Shown: piece after piece, positions 62,759-64,000 of the stretch
How positions within the stretch are numbered: position 1 is the stretch's first letter
Layout: each line of letters begins with the position of its first letter
Virus record (IMG/VR): IMGVR_UViG_3300014205_000200
Span: 25,162-89,161 of that record
DNA length: 64,000 nt
Origin: a virus
Lineage: Duplodnaviria > Caudoviricetes
Strand: one strand, 5' to 3'
Program-made: the position numbers and the translations under genes
The notes under the pieces: generated by a model
Told to the model about the DNA's origin: nothing
Databases searched by the model: none
Seen by the model: only the letters and a program-made list of their open reading frames with translations

Positions 62759-64000
62759 GTGACCTTCCCCGACAGCGTCCAATGGAACACTCTAGAGGAG
62801 GTCCTGTCGTCGGACCTGAACCGACTGGGCGGCCTGGCCGGCAAGGCCGTCCAGGACCTGGCGGCCGACATCGAGAGCGGCATCGATCTATCGCCCGGTC
62901 CTCGGGCGTGCGTGACGAAGGGTCTGGACGGCAACCCGGGCGTCGGGCTGGCGCTGCTGGTGTCGGCCGGCACGATCGTTCAATTCGATCCTTCGGCACC
63001 CGGGAATGACGCTTCCCAATACCTGGTTGGCCGGCTCGACGACGATCTGTCGGTCGCGCTGCCGGCCAGCGACGGCGCGCTCCCGTTGGTGTCGCTCGTC
63101 TACGCGACCATCACCCAGACGCTCGACGATTCGACGATCCGAAACGTTCTGACGCTTCCGAGCCGGGTCGTGACGCCGACCCCCATCTTCAAGTCTTCGC
63201 GGCCAACCCTCACGCTCGCGAGCGTGGCCGGGACGCCGGCCGCCAACCCGACGCTCCCGGCCGGCCCGGCGGGGTCGATTCCGCTCTGGTACGTCTATCA
63301 GCCGGCCGCCAGCGTGTTGGTCGATCCCAACACCATCATCGACGGCCGGTTCCGTTTCAACCCTTCGCCGCTCAGTCGCTCGCATGGGCGCGACTGGGGG
63401 ATGCTGGTCGACGTCTCGTTGAATTCGCTTTCGAGCGTGACGATCGGGAGTGGCCTTGGGTTCGCCGACGGCGCCCGGGTGGACCACCAGCTCAACCAGA
63501 CGTTCTCCGGGATCTCGATCCTGCCTTCGGGCGCGGGTGCGCTGACGGCCTCGACCGAGTACTCCGTTTATGCGGTGACGATCGGGCAGGGGCCGTTGGC
63601 TCCGGTCGGGAAGGCGGTCACCAGCCAGGTGGTCTTCGTCCTATCGACCATCGCGCCCACGCCGGAGGGCCGGCCGAGTGCGGCGCTCCAGTACCGGCCG
63701 TTATTCGGTCTCGGGTTCGACGCCCTGTTGGTCAGCACCGACCAGGCGCTCTGGATCGGCACCATCTCGACCGACGCCAGCGGGACCGACTTCCAGATCG
63801 GCGGCGACGGCATTCCGCTCAACCGCGATGGGACGCTCCGGAGCCTGACGGCCAGCCAGATGGGCGGCTTCCCCGGCTTCGCCCCCGGTTGGATCCGGGC
63901 CCCCGAGCTGTCGTACGTCGATGCCTCGACGGTGTCGGTCGGGCTTTGTAGCCCGATCATCGGCGGTGTGCCGGGTCTGTACGGCGGCGGTTCGGCCGCC
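62759..64000 (+). CDS. tail fibre-type protein 2, paralog of 60772-62718, runs off the window end (not in ORF track)
   Basis: open frame of 414 codons read by hand from GTG 62759; MTFPDSVQWNTLEEVLSSDLNRLGGLAGKAVQD, PLWYVYQPAAS, LSYVDAS. Confidence 0.75.
   Translation, partial: MTFPDSVQWNTLEEVLSSDLNRLGGLAGKAVQDLAADIESGIDLSPGPRACVTKGLDGNPGVGLALLVSAGTIVQFDPSAPGNDASQYLVGRLDDDLSVALPASDGALPLVSLVYATITQTLDDSTIRNVLTLPSRVVTPTPIFKSSRPTLTLASVAGTPAANPTLPAGPAGSIPLWYVYQPAASVLVDPNTIIDGRFRFNPSPLSRSHGRDWGMLVDVSLNSLSSVTIGSGLGFADGARVDHQLNQTFSGISILPSGAGALTASTEYSVYAVTIGQGPLAPVGKAVTSQVVFVLSTIAPTPEGRPSAALQYRPLFGLGFDALLVSTDQALWIGTISTDASGTDFQIGGDGIPLNRDGTLRSLTASQMGGFPGFAPGWIRAPELSYVDASTVSVGLCSPIIGGVPGLYGGGSAA

Noticed and set aside
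53958-64000. Diversity-generating retroelement or invertible fibre cassette
   Set aside because: No reverse transcriptase, no adenine-variable repeat pair, no invertase or flanking inverted repeats seen in the window.
1-64000. Prophage/integration module, tRNA genes, lysis cassette
   Set aside because: No integrase, att-like host junction, cloverleaf or endolysin motif recognised; they may lie outside the window.

Overview
64 kb of a high-GC tailed-phage genome (Caudoviricetes, contractile-tail myovirus type), almost all on the + strand. No integrase, replicative polymerase/helicase, lysis enzyme, tRNA or CRISPR array was recognised. Gene order: SbcCD/Mre11-Rad50-like nuclease pair; ParB-like gene; a broken TET/JBP dioxygenase plus glycosyltransferase cassette; many small ORFs; a C5 cytosine methyltransferase with an overlapping second-frame ORF; probable TerS and the ATPase half of TerL (10.8-12.9 kb); HNH, Prim-Pol domain and ThyX; an array of small genes behind near-identical 80-bp leaderless promoter modules (20.4-24.2 kb); the nuclease half of TerL (26.9-27.8 kb); then portal, head, neck, sheath, tube, frameshifted chaperone, tape measure, baseplate and two paralogous fibre-like genes (30.8 kb to end). 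Most unusual: (1) TerL split into two genes about 14 kb apart; (2) a tetraloop-rich, probably structured RNA of about 240 nt after the capsid gene; (3) a 16-bp palindrome GAGAACGCGCGTTCTC at about 10 sites, mostly gene junctions; (4) three apparent classes of leaderless promoters, one with a non-canonical GGGAAGAT box; (5) a decayed 5mC to 5hmC to glycosyl modification pathway beside an apparently intact two-frame methyltransferase. All family assignments rest on motifs recognised by eye; no database search was run.
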